In this document: piece after piece, positions 39,306 through 47,957 of the stretch
Layout: every line of letters starts with the position of its first letter
How positions within the stretch are numbered: the stretch's first letter is position 1
DNA from: an uncultured Candidatus Saccharibacteria bacterium
GTDB lineage: Bacteria; Patescibacteriota; Minisyncoccia; UBA6257; GWB1-50-10
Assembly: GCA_964357525.1 (NCBI GenBank)
Contig: CAYHLH010000002.1
Location: forward strand, 5,287-69,286
Direction: 5' to 3'
DNA length: 64,000 bases
Translations under genes and position numbers: made by a program
Notes under the pieces: model-generated
What the model was told of the DNA's origin: nothing
What the model saw: only the letters and a program-made list of their open reading frames with translations
Databases searched by the model: none

Positions 39306-40778
39306 ATGAACATTCGTGATCTTTCCGTAAAAGAGTACGGCGAAGGACTACGCGCCAAGAAATTCAGCGCGGAAGAAGGCATGCACGAGTTTTTGTCGGT
39401 AATAAAAAAAGAGGACAAAAAAATCCACGCATTCCTTTCGGTATTTGAAGATGAGGCGCTAACGCAGGCGCGGGCCGTTGACGGAAAAATCGCCCGAGAG
39501 GAAATGTTGCACCCGCTCGCGGGCGTGCCGATTGCCGTTAAGGACAACATATTGATTCATGGCGCGAAAACCACCGCCGCGTCACGGATTTTGGAGAATT
39601 ACGCCTCCGCCTATGACGCGACCGTGATTCAAAAATTAAGGGACTCGGACGTTGTATTTTTGGGAAAGACAAACATGGACGAGTTCGCAATGGGCGCCTC
39701 AACCGAGAATTCGGCTTTCGGCGCGACCAAGAACCCATACGACATATCCCGCGTTCCGGGCGGCTCTTCCGGGGGCTCTGCGGCCTCCGTGGCCGCCAAA
39801 TTCGCCCCTATGGCGCTTGGAAGCGATACGGGGGGGTCGGTTCGCCAGCCCGCGGCATTTTGCGGGGTGGTTGGTTTCAAGCCTTCGTATGGCGCGGTTT
39901 CGCGCTTCGGCCTGATTGCAATGACTTCAAGCATAGATCAGATAGGCCCAATTGCGCGTTCTGCGGAGGATGTCTCGTTTCTTTTTGACGCAATAGAGGG
40001 AAAAGACAGATTTGACACGACGTCCGTCGGCGTGCCTTCGGGCGAGTATTCGGAGGAAGCGGTGAAAAAAATAAGAATCGGGATTCCGAAAGAATATTTC
40101 CTGCCTGCGCAGGCAGGCGGCGAAGGCGTTGACGCGCCGGTCAAAGCCGAAGTTATGAAATCAATCGAAGCGTTCAGAAAAAACGGGTTCGCGGTTAAGG
40201 AAGTGAGCTTGCCTCTCACGAAATACGCGATTTCCGTTTATTACATAATCGTGCCGGCGGAGGTCTCTGCAAACCTCGCGCGATTTGACGGCATTCGGTA
40301 CCCGAAGGAATTGAAAAAGGGATTTGAAAAATCATTTTCGGATTTGCTAGAAAAATACAAGAAGGCGCGGGGATACGGATTCGGCGATGAGGCGAAAAGG
40401 CGGATACTGCTCGGAACGTTCGTGCTCTCTGCCGGGTACTACGACGCCTATTACAAGAAGGCCGAGAAGGTTAGAGAGCTCATCACGCGAGAATTCGAAT
40501 CAGTGTGGGATGATGTTGACGTTCTTCTCGCTCCAACGACGCCGACCAGAGCCTTCAAGTTCGGCGAAAAGACAGACGATCCGCTTCAAATGTATGCATG
40601 CGATATGTTGACGGCTCCGGCTAATCTCGCGGGCCTCCCGGCTCTTTCGGTGCCTGTGAAAAAATACGAAATCGGCGGTAAAGAACTGCCTGTAGGTCTG
40701 CAAATTATCGGCAGGCAATTCCACGACCGAGAAGTGCTCGCACTCGGAAGATTCTACGAAAAATACCTGCGCGTATAA
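39306..40778 (+). CDS. gatA: Asp/Glu-tRNA amidotransferase subunit A
   Basis: KDN, GKTNMDEFAMG, PGGSSGGS, GSDTGGSVRQPA, RRILLGT. Confidence 0.97.
   Translation: MNIRDLSVKEYGEGLRAKKFSAEEGMHEFLSVIKKEDKKIHAFLSVFEDEALTQARAVDGKIAREEMLHPLAGVPIAVKDNILIHGAKTTAASRILENYASAYDATVIQKLRDSDVVFLGKTNMDEFAMGASTENSAFGATKNPYDISRVPGGSSGGSAASVAAKFAPMALGSDTGGSVRQPAAFCGVVGFKPSYGAVSRFGLIAMTSSIDQIGPIARSAEDVSFLFDAIEGKDRFDTTSVGVPSGEYSEEAVKKIRIGIPKEYFLPAQAGGEGVDAPVKAEVMKSIEAFRKNGFAVKEVSLPLTKYAISVYYIIVPAEVSANLARFDGIRYPKELKKGFEKSFSDLLEKYKKARGYGFGDEAKRRILLGTFVLSAGYYDAYYKKAEKVRELITREFESVWDDVDVLLAPTTPTRAFKFGEKTDDPLQMYACDMLTAPANLAGLPALSVPVKKYEIGGKELPVGLQIIGRQFHDREVLALGRFYEKYLRV
40100..40117. repeat. 18-bp perfect palindrome inserted in frame in gatA
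   Basis: CCTGCCTGCGCAGGCAGG; protein reads PKEYF-LPAQAG-GEGVD. Confidence 0.7.
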
Positions 40779-40822
40779 TACTTGGGTTAGTATAATGCTC
40801 TGTCACGCGGTATAATGGCCTT

Positions 40823-41515
40823 ATGCCGGTTTTTAAATCCGTTAATAAAGACTTCTTTAAGAAATGGTGTCCGGAAATGGCCTACGTGCTCGGATTTTTC
40901 GCGGCTGACGGTTATATTACTGTGAACAAGCGCGGTGGACAGTTTTTAGGAATTCAGATTACCGATAAGGATCTTCTTGAAAATATTAAAAAAGCGCTGA
41001 GTTCGGAGCATAAGATAGGGAAACGTGCTCGTGGAGGAAATGAACAACCAACATATCGTCTTCAAGTTGGGAGCATTGAGATGTGCGACGATTTACGCCG
41101 TCTCGGTTTTTGCGAGAAAAAAGTAAGACGTTTAACGATGCCAAATATTCCCAGAAAATATCTTTCTGATTTTGTTCGCGGTTATTTTGATGGCGATGGA
41201 AATGTATGGGTGGGATTTGTGAATAAAAAGAGAAAAAATCCGGTGTTAACCATTGTAACGATGTTCACTTCTTGTTCGACTGAATTTTTACGCATTTTGT
41301 GGGGAAAGCTTCGAGTGGAGGGGGTTTCCGGCGGTTCTATCTATAATGCAAAGGGTAATTATTCTCGTTTACAATTTGGAGCGAGAGATTCTTTGAAATT
41401 ACAAGAATTTATGTATAATCAGAATTGTCTTAAAAATGGACTGTTTCTCGAGAGAAAGAAAAAAATTTTCAAGAGATACAATGCGTTAAAAAAGAGACAT
41501 GCGGTCGTGGTGTAG
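40823..41515 (+). CDS. Two-motif LAGLIDADG homing-endonuclease-family protein; stop codon lies inside tRNA-Asp
   Basis: 'AYVLGFFAADGYI' and 'FVRGYFDGDGNV'; AT-rich; own leaderless promoter. Confidence 0.9.
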   Translation: MPVFKSVNKDFFKKWCPEMAYVLGFFAADGYITVNKRGGQFLGIQITDKDLLENIKKALSSEHKIGKRARGGNEQPTYRLQVGSIEMCDDLRRLGFCEKKVRRLTMPNIPRKYLSDFVRGYFDGDGNVWVGFVNKKRKNPVLTIVTMFTSCSTEFLRILWGKLRVEGVSGGSIYNAKGNYSRLQFGARDSLKLQEFMYNQNCLKNGLFLERKKKIFKRYNALKKRHAVVV

Positions 41516-41575
41516 CCTGGTTAACATACCTCCCTGTCACGGAGGGGATCGTGGGTTCAAATCCCATCGGCCGCG
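41501..41575 (+). tRNA. tRNA-Asp(GTC)
   Basis: GCGGTCG/CGGCCGC; CCTCC-CTGTCAC-GGAGG; GGTTCAAATCC; hairpin at 41577-41603. Confidence 0.95.
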
Positions 41576-41606
41576 CAAAAAAAAACGCCAAATGGCGTTT
41601 TTTGTT

Positions 41607-42053
41607 CTAATAGCGTTTCACTAGGACGATGCCGTATTTCGGGATTTTTATAAAATCGGAAAGTTTCTCGATGGTAACTACGCCGTTGGATTGTTTGGCG
41701 TGGATTATTTCATCAGAGCCGAGATACATTACCATGTGGCCTATACATACTTCTTTGTCGGGAAAAAGTTCGTCGTTGTAATGTCCCTGCGGTCCCCGCA
41801 TGAACAATAGGTCGCCGGCTTCGAGGTTTGAGTGATTGGACGCGGATTCCACTTCTTTGCTTTGCGGGTCGGCGGCCTGAAGTATTGTGCTCCGCGGAAG
41901 CGTGAATCCTATTTGTTTATACAGATATAGTACGAATGAGGAACAATCGAACTCGGCCGGCGCCTTGTCCGGCGAGGCTCCGTAAACGTAGGGAACTCCC
42001 ACAAGATTTTTTGCGATGGATGTTACTTTTTCTTTTTGTTCTTTGGTAAGCAT
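41607..42053 (-). CDS. NlpC/P60 (C40) peptidase
   Basis: GVPYVYGA, FDCSSFV, AGDLLF, GHMVMY, IIHA; start trimmed to exclude the upstream tRNA-associated element. Confidence 0.9.
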   Translation of the reverse strand: MLTKEQKEKVTSIAKNLVGVPYVYGASPDKAPAEFDCSSFVLYLYKQIGFTLPRSTILQAADPQSKEVESASNHSNLEAGDLLFMRGPQGHYNDELFPDKEVCIGHMVMYLGSDEIIHAKQSNGVVTIEKLSDFIKIPKYGIVLVKRY

Positions 42054-42060
42054 ATTATTC

Positions 42061-42226
42061 TGTGCCGACGGGAGGAAGCGGACAATCCACCTTTGGCGGA
42101 TTTTGGAACCCAGCGGTTCCAAGGCCTCCGCATTGGGAAAACTCCCGTTTCCCCACCGCCCCTTCCCGTCCGATTCCAGAGCGGCAAACACAAATGTTTT
42201 GAAAAACTCAAATCATTTGTATTTTG
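42061..42226 (-). repeat. Structured element ending in a duplicate of the tRNA(CAT) 3' end
   Basis: Minus strand: hairpin, GGAATCGGAC anti-T-arm (42168-42177), three hairpins, then GTCCGCTTCCTCCCGTCGGCACA (42061-42083). Confidence 0.8.
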
Positions 42227-42299
42227 TGCCGACGGGAGGAATCGGACCTCCGACCTAAGCGTTATGAGTGCTTCGCTCTAACCACTGAGCTACGCCGGC
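42227..42299 (-). tRNA. tRNA(CAT), elongator Met or Ile2
   Basis: GCCGGCG acceptor, TAGCTCAGTGGTTAGAGC D-arm, CTCATAA loop, T-loop TCCGAT. Confidence 0.9.
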
Positions 42300-42442
42300 T
42301 AGCGAAGGAAAAATGAAAATTTATTTTCATTTTTCCTGAGTAACGCCGGCGCAAGTCCCGCAAAGTCGGGACGCCACACCGGCAAGTGAGGAATACGCAC
42401 GTATTCCGAACGCCGCGGGCGCAAGCGTAGCGCTACGACGGC
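42300..42442 (-). repeat. Array of degenerate tRNA 5'-end copies alternating with hairpins
   Basis: GCCGTCGTAGC, GCCGGTGTGGC, GCCGGCGTTAC (plus one more decayed copy) precede the real GCCGGCGTAGC, each followed by a hairpin. Confidence 0.7.
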
Positions 42443-42545
42443 ATCGCTTTTATTCTAGATAAAAAGAGGTTTTTCGCAAGATTTTTAAGTGTTGTAGTAA
42501 AAAAAAGAGGAGTATGCTTATAGCAAAGGTCAAAAATACAAGAGT

Positions 42546-44114
42546 ATGAAAAAATCAATTGTTTTAGTTTTTGCAGTTCTTTTTGTGTTTTGGTCGATTC
42601 CGTTAGTTTCGTACGCGAACTCTGAACAGCAAATTCCTTCAGGTGTTCTCGCACAACTCCTTGATGTGATTCAAGGATTGGTTGATAAAATGACTGAATT
42701 GCAACAATTGCCAAATAATACCGTTTCGGTTCCGTTAAGTACAGAAACTTCCCCTCGGATCGATTATTTTGTGAGTCCAGCCACGAATGATATCTGGCAA
42801 ATAGGTACAGTGCATAAAATAGAATGGATAATCGATCCACAGCCCGACGAAGTAAGCCTGCATCTTCTCAGGGATGGGTTTCCAAATTACGAAGTGCCAA
42901 TCACAGAAGGTTCAATTAAAAATACCGGCAGTTTTAATTGGACGGTTGGACCGCTAATCATGGATCTTGGAAAAGATTTTCGTGTTGAAGTAAGAAGCAA
43001 GGCTTACGGGCTTAGGAGCAATCTTTTCCAAATTACAAGAGTTACTCCTACACCAACCGTCGTTATCTCAAAAGACAGTTCGTCTCCGACTTCAAGGATT
43101 ACTCTTGTGGGGCAGAGTTCGGTTGAACTGCATAGAATCGGATTTGACGGGCGGGGGAGCGACCTCACGCTGAAAAAACTCACTCTGCAATTAGTGAGAG
43201 CGAACAAGAGGTTGTGGACATTAGGTTCGGTCTCCGCGAATTTCGGCCAGATTTATCTGTATGACGGTACAACGTTGGTCGGTTCCGGGGTTGTCAATCC
43301 CGCAAACGGGAAAGTTGCTTTTTCCGGTCTGAATGTGACGCTTCTCCAGGGGATGCGCAAAGTTCTTGGCGTGAAAGCGGACATTACCGGTTCCGGAACT
43401 CTGAAAGACAACAGCACGTTGGCGTTCTGGATCCCTTCGACGAGCGTAGACGAGATGGAAATTTACGGCCCGAACGGCTTATTGCCTTCGAGCAACATCA
43501 GGCTCCAGGATCGGGCGCTCTCGAATTTCAACCTGTATAAGAGCGTTGCTCCGAGCGTGATAAATGCGATGTCGAACGGCATCAAAACTCCGGGTGTGAA
43601 CCAGGAGATCGCGAAATTCACTATCACGAATGTCGCACCGCCAGGCGGGCGCTCGCTCAGGTTTGACAGATTTGAACCAACGGTTCTTCTAAGCGGATCA
43701 TGCACCGAATCGAGCACGGTGAGCAACTTCAAGTTGTATGACGGCGGTACTGTAATCGGTGTATCACCACTTTTGGCTGTTTTGAATTGTGGTTCCAGTC
43801 TGAAGCTCTATTACGATGCGAGCGATTCTGGCTGGGGAACACAGGAAATTCCTGCGGGAGGTTCAAAAACCTACACCATCAAGGCCGACACGACGAATAT
43901 CAGGAACGGCGTTCCGAGCGGGACATCGGTGTATCTTTCATCGAAAGTTGACGGTTTGAGGGGATACAACTCGAGGGATTTCACTGGTCCAGAGTATTAC
44001 TGGAATACGGGGGATGTGAAGTATAACTATACGACTGCGGGGATTATGGAAACCCACAAGAACAACAAGGCATCCGATTCATACTCGGTTCAGGGCGCGA
44101 CACTGACATACTAG
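42546..44114 (+). CDS. Secreted Ser/Thr-rich Ig-like surface protein
   Basis: Signal peptide; 'SP...W.IG.VHKIEW...NTGSFNW' Ig-like domain; N-terminus similar to the 48816 protein. Confidence 0.7.
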   Translation: MKKSIVLVFAVLFVFWSIPLVSYANSEQQIPSGVLAQLLDVIQGLVDKMTELQQLPNNTVSVPLSTETSPRIDYFVSPATNDIWQIGTVHKIEWIIDPQPDEVSLHLLRDGFPNYEVPITEGSIKNTGSFNWTVGPLIMDLGKDFRVEVRSKAYGLRSNLFQITRVTPTPTVVISKDSSSPTSRITLVGQSSVELHRIGFDGRGSDLTLKKLTLQLVRANKRLWTLGSVSANFGQIYLYDGTTLVGSGVVNPANGKVAFSGLNVTLLQGMRKVLGVKADITGSGTLKDNSTLAFWIPSTSVDEMEIYGPNGLLPSSNIRLQDRALSNFNLYKSVAPSVINAMSNGIKTPGVNQEIAKFTITNVAPPGGRSLRFDRFEPTVLLSGSCTESSTVSNFKLYDGGTVIGVSPLLAVLNCGSSLKLYYDASDSGWGTQEIPAGGSKTYTIKADTTNIRNGVPSGTSVYLSSKVDGLRGYNSRDFTGPEYYWNTGDVKYNYTTAGIMETHKNNKASDSYSVQGATLTY

Positions 44115-44192
44115 GAAAAACTTATTTTCCGCAAAACGAACTCTCTTAAGGGTTCGTTTTGCGTTTTTCCGGCTCTCGTATATACTAGCCCG

Positions 44193-44264
44193 TGCGGGGA
44201 GGAGTAACGGTTGCTCGTCAGGCTCATAACCTGAAGGTAGTGGGTCCAATTCCCACCCCCGCAA
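44193..44264 (+). tRNA. Initiator-type tRNA-Met(CAT), atypical
   Basis: TGCGGGG...GCTCGTCAGGCTCATAACCTGAAGG...CCCCGCAA matches the fMet scaffold. Confidence 0.88.
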
Positions 44265-44276
44265 CACAGAACGAAC

Positions 44277-45434
44277 ATGAAGCTTTACGAAAATCCAAAT
44301 CCGCTGAAAGTTACAATTCCCTCGGACGAGGAATTGAAGCTTAAGGTCGAACTGGAGAAGAAAAGCGACTCGGACAGCGCGCGCCTGCGCCGTTTTTTGT
44401 CTCTTCCGGATCTTTCGCGGACGCCGGGAAACCCAATCAGCGAGCTTGTGGAGCGTATTTTCCATATTGAGGAGCTTTCCAACTTCGACAGCGTGACCTC
44501 ACCGGAAATAAACCGCGCGGACGTTTCCTTTGATCTTTTCAATTTCCCGCAAGATCACCCCGCGCGGAGGGGGTCGGACACGTATTTCGTGGACGATAAA
44601 AACATTCTTCGTACGCACACGACCATAATGTGGTATTACTACCTCGGTCTTCCGGAAGTTAAGGAAAAGATGAGCCGGAGGGAGCATTTGGGGCTTCTTT
44701 CGCACGGAAAGGTGTACAGGAAGGACGAAATAGACCGATTCCACCTGAACGTGTTCCACCAGATGGACAGTCTTTATTTGGTTCCCAACGAAGAAAAAAC
44801 GCTTACGGAGGACGACTTGAAAGGCGTTTTGACGAAAATTGCGGAAGCGGTGTTCGGAAAAGACACCCAATGCCGATTCAATCTTGACCAATTCCCGTAC
44901 ACGGACCCGTCAATAGAAATGGAAGTGGAAAGGAACGGGAAATGGGTGGAGGTCCTTGGCGGAGGAATGGCGCGCCAGGTTGTCCTCAAAAACCTAGGCG
45001 TAGAGGGTTATAACGGCTGGGCGTTCGGGTTCGGCCTGGAGCGCCTCGCGGTTGTTTCCATGGAGCTTCCCGACATACGCCTTCTCCGCTCCGAAGACCC
45101 GCGCGTGAAGCGGCAGCTGGTGCTCGGAACCCCGTTCAAGGAGGTGAGCAAGTATCCGCCGGTTACACGCGACATCTCATTCGTGGTAAAGAACGACTTC
45201 GAGCCGAACGGCTATTTCGATCTCATCCGCGACATCGGCGGAGACCTTGTTGAGGAAGTCCGGCTCTTGGACAAATACGAAGATGCGAAAAAATTCGGAG
45301 AAGGAAAAATAAGTTACACGTACCGCGTTGTATACCGTTCCGGCGACAGAACGCTCACGTCGGAAGAGGTGGACGTATTACAGAAAAAACTATACGACGA
45401 GACCGCAAAACAATTTCGGGCAGAGCTGAGATAG
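44277..45434 (+). CDS. pheS: Phenylalanine--tRNA ligase, fused alpha catalytic + FDX-ACB (mitochondrial-type architecture)
   Basis: DHPAR..DTYF, LRTHT, VYRKDEID..H..VFHQ, FPYTDPS, GWAFGFGLERLA, then SKYPPVTRDISF...YRVVYRSGDRTLTSEEVD. Confidence 0.92.
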   Translation: MKLYENPNPLKVTIPSDEELKLKVELEKKSDSDSARLRRFLSLPDLSRTPGNPISELVERIFHIEELSNFDSVTSPEINRADVSFDLFNFPQDHPARRGSDTYFVDDKNILRTHTTIMWYYYLGLPEVKEKMSRREHLGLLSHGKVYRKDEIDRFHLNVFHQMDSLYLVPNEEKTLTEDDLKGVLTKIAEAVFGKDTQCRFNLDQFPYTDPSIEMEVERNGKWVEVLGGGMARQVVLKNLGVEGYNGWAFGFGLERLAVVSMELPDIRLLRSEDPRVKRQLVLGTPFKEVSKYPPVTRDISFVVKNDFEPNGYFDLIRDIGGDLVEEVRLLDKYEDAKKFGEGKISYTYRVVYRSGDRTLTSEEVDVLQKKLYDETAKQFRAELR

Positions 45435-45472
45435 CTTGCAATATTTCCTCGCTGACTTACCTTATTTAATGA

Positions 45473-45544
45473 GCCCCCATAGCTCAATGGATAGAGCAGC
45501 GCTCTTCTAAGGCGTTGATCTGGGTTCGACTCCTAGTGGGGGCG
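45473..45544 (+). tRNA. tRNA-Arg(TCT)
   Basis: GCCCCCA/TGGGGGC; GCGCT-CTTCTAA-GGCGT. Confidence 0.95.
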
Positions 45545-45589
45545 CAAATTTTTGACGATAGTGTTTTTTTGTCTATACTGAAAAAGTTC

Positions 45590-45692
45590 GCCACAGTGAC
45601 GAAGTTGCCGCGGTGGCGTCCCGCCTTGGCGGGACTTCCCACGTCGGCGTTCGGGATTAATAATAACGAGGGTTCTTATCCATCCCTCACTT
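45590..45692 (+). repeat. tRNA-Phe leader with duplicated 5' ends and hairpin cassettes
   Basis: GCCGCGGTGGCG-TCCCGCCTTGGCGGGAC and GGCGTTCG-hairpin-CTCACTT; same cassette types as 42300-42442. Confidence 0.7.
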
Positions 45693-45764
45693 GCCGCGGT
45701 AGCTCAGTGGTGGAGCGCTGCCCTGAAGAGGCAGGCGTCGGGTGTTCGATTCACCCCCGCGGCA
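45693..45764 (+). tRNA. tRNA-Phe(GAA)
   Basis: GCCGCGG/CCGCGGC; CTGCC-CTGAAGA-GGCAG. Confidence 0.95.
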
Positions 45765-45823
45765 CAAAGACAAAAAATTACATTCCAACATTCTGCAGAA
45801 TGTTGGAATGTCGTTGAGAATGA

Positions 45824-46459
45824 TTATTTCTCTTCTTCCTCCAGCGCGGGGAGCTCTTTAGGCGCCCACATCCGGATGATTTTCTTCACTGAATATTCTC
45901 CGATGAAGAAGAGGATGATTATTCCGACAATTATGAATTCTACGTTCTCGAATATTTTGTTTTGCTTGAGATAATGGAGTCCGGATGTAACAGCATAAGC
46001 GGAAGTTGTGACTATGGTAAACCAAAAGAGAGCTACTGGAATATAGACACGCAGGAATTTTTTGAATTCGGTCTTAGTCCACCCCATAAGCAGAATCATC
46101 AGCGTGTTCATCCCCGGAAGGAATTTCGCGAGTGTGAGTATTCTTATCGTGTGATTCCTTAGGTAATATATGTAAAGCTGGATTTTGCGGTTTCCCTTCA
46201 TCCGCCTGTATAATCGCCAGCCGAGGCGCGTTCCTCGGAGTTTTTTTCCCAAAAGATAGATGCACGTTTCGCCGACGAAAAGCCCAAAGAGAGCCGAGAT
46301 GATGAATTGCAGGAGAGTAATATGCTTGCCGACGACGAGGTAAAGCGAGAGGAGAGTCGTGATTTCCCCCTGAATGATTATTCCCAGTCCGATTATGACA
46401 CTGGTCCATTCAGGATGCTGTAAGGCAAGCGCGCCGAGGTAATCTAGAATGTTCGTCAT
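45824..46459 (-). CDS. DedA/VTT-family membrane protein
   Basis: 'QGEIT', 'GETCIYLLGK', 'LAKFLPGMN'; multi-TM. Confidence 0.75.
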   Translation of the reverse strand: MTNILDYLGALALQHPEWTSVIIGLGIIIQGEITTLLSLYLVVGKHITLLQFIISALFGLFVGETCIYLLGKKLRGTRLGWRLYRRMKGNRKIQLYIYYLRNHTIRILTLAKFLPGMNTLMILLMGWTKTEFKKFLRVYIPVALFWFTIVTTSAYAVTSGLHYLKQNKIFENVEFIIVGIIILFFIGEYSVKKIIRMWAPKELPALEEEEK

Positions 46460-46492
46460 TTTATGGGACGTTGAAAACCATTTCATTATATA

Positions 46493-46915
46493 ATGAAGAA
46501 ACCCATGAATCCATTTTTCAAAAAAGAAGATGTGCGCATGAAAATGTCGCGTTCGTCGGGGCCCGGCGGACAGAATGTGAACCGGCGTTCCACGAAGGTA
46601 CAGGTGCGACTTCCGATTTCAAAGATCCTTGTTACGGAAGTCCAGCGTGCGCGCATTTTGAGCCGCCTCGCGCACCGCATCAATCACAAGGGCGAGCTTG
46701 AAGCCGAGTCCGAAGAGGAACGGACGCAGGAGGCGAACCGCGAGAAAGCGCTTGCAACCCTGAATCGGTTGATTGTTTCTGCGGTGAGAATCCCAAAAAA
46801 GCGCATTCCCACGAAGATATCGAGGACGGCGGAGTCCCGGTTTCAGGAAAAGAAAAAGAAGGATGCGGAAAAAAAGCGATTGCGGAAATTCCTGCCGAAG
46901 GAGTGGCTGGAGTGA
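46493..46915 (+). CDS. arfB: Peptidyl-tRNA hydrolase ArfB (ribosome rescue)
   Basis: SRSSGPGGQNVN, RTQEANRE.A, basic tail KKRIPTK. Confidence 0.9.
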   Translation: MKKPMNPFFKKEDVRMKMSRSSGPGGQNVNRRSTKVQVRLPISKILVTEVQRARILSRLAHRINHKGELEAESEEERTQEANREKALATLNRLIVSAVRIPKKRIPTKISRTAESRFQEKKKKDAEKKRLRKFLPKEWLE

Positions 46916-47049
46916 CATGTAACACGGAACACATAACATATAACACAGAACAGGTAACATGGAGTATTCCTAATTGATAATTTGATTTTTCCGTGTCATA
47001 ATTTTCACGTTTTGATGCTTGTTACATGCTCTATGTTGCATGCTTCATG
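46916..47049. repeat. Heptamer-periodic inverted-arm element
   Basis: CATGTAA CACGGAA CACATAA CATATAA CACAGAA CAGGTAA ... TGTTACATGCTCTATGTTGCATGCTTCATG. Confidence 0.6.
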
Positions 47050-47057
47050 ACAACAAT

Positions 47058-47129
47058 GGTGCCTGTAGTTCAATGGTAGAACGCCGCCCTGTGGAGGCGG
47101 TCACGGGAGTTCAATTCTCCTCAGGCACC
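47058..47129 (+). tRNA. tRNA-His(GTG)
   Basis: Encoded G-1 pairing C73; CCGCC-CTGTGGA-GGCGG. Confidence 0.95.
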
Positions 47130-47211
47130 CAGGTCAAAAATCCCGCATTCAGTGCGGGGTTTTTGTTGGGGCTGATTGGAGGTTAGAACTTTTGCTGATA
47201 AGATAAGGATA

Positions 47212-47882
47212 ATGGCAAAGAAGAAATTCCTTTTTTGGAGGAAAACATCAGGGAATTTGGTTGAAGATAATTTCTCTGATAAACCGGAATATCACGCATT
47301 TTTTGCGCGATGCAACAAAGAGTTTGAATTTCGCATCGCCAATGACCCAGAGGCATATCTTGGAAACGGGGTCTTTAAAAATGTTTTTTCCTACAGTAAT
47401 TGGAAATTCATCCACGCAGAGGAAACCTTCAAGCCGGATGTAGTGTACCAACGGAAGAAACTTACAGAAGAATCCTTTGATAAGGGTGTTCCTATAATCA
47501 ACACACCCGAATTCAAGAAATGGAGCCCTGATAAGCTGGGTCAATATGAATTGCTCAAAGAATATATGCCGAGGACGTTCCTTATTGAAAAGGAGCAGGA
47601 TTTAGACGCGCGATTGGCGGAGATTTCCACCCCAAAAGCGGTACTCAAACCAAGAAGAGGGGAAAAAGGGGAGAATGTGGTTATTTTTGAAAAAAGCGCG
47701 GTCCCTCGGTTGAATAACGAGATTTTAGAGAAAAGAGGCTATGTGTTACAGGAATATGCAGATACCAATGTTTCGGTTCCGAATGTTGTGGAAGGCGTTC
47801 ACGACATCAAGCTGATCACCATTGGCGACAAGGTCTTTGCCAATTTGAGGACCCCTGAAATAAATAAGGATTATTGCACCTT
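47212..47882 (+). pseudogene. ATP-grasp (RimK-like) gene, apparently 3'-truncated at an att-like site
   Basis: 'DKLGQYELL...PRT...VLKPRRGEKGENV...VLQEY...HDIKL'; the frame then runs into a repeat site and lacks the C-terminal D..E-x-N part. Confidence 0.6.
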
Positions 47883-47952
47883 GGTTCTCACCCCGATACC
47901 ATCTCCGTCTGCGGCTACGAGCTACGGGGCAGGCTTCCTCTACGACGGCACC
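47883..47952. mobile_element. att-like site 1, interrupted by a palindromic insert
   Basis: GGTTCTCAC[insert]TTCCTCTACGACGGCACC; shares GGCACCCAG with the tRNA-His 3' end. Confidence 0.6.
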
Positions 47953-47957
47953 CAGCA

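Noticed and set aside
42054-42191. N-terminal extension of NlpC/P60
   Set aside because: It is a translation of the tRNA-associated structured element.
42300-42442. Possible mini-CRISPR
   Set aside because: Repeats are only ~11 nt, degenerate and match the tRNA 5' end; the intervening pieces are hairpins.
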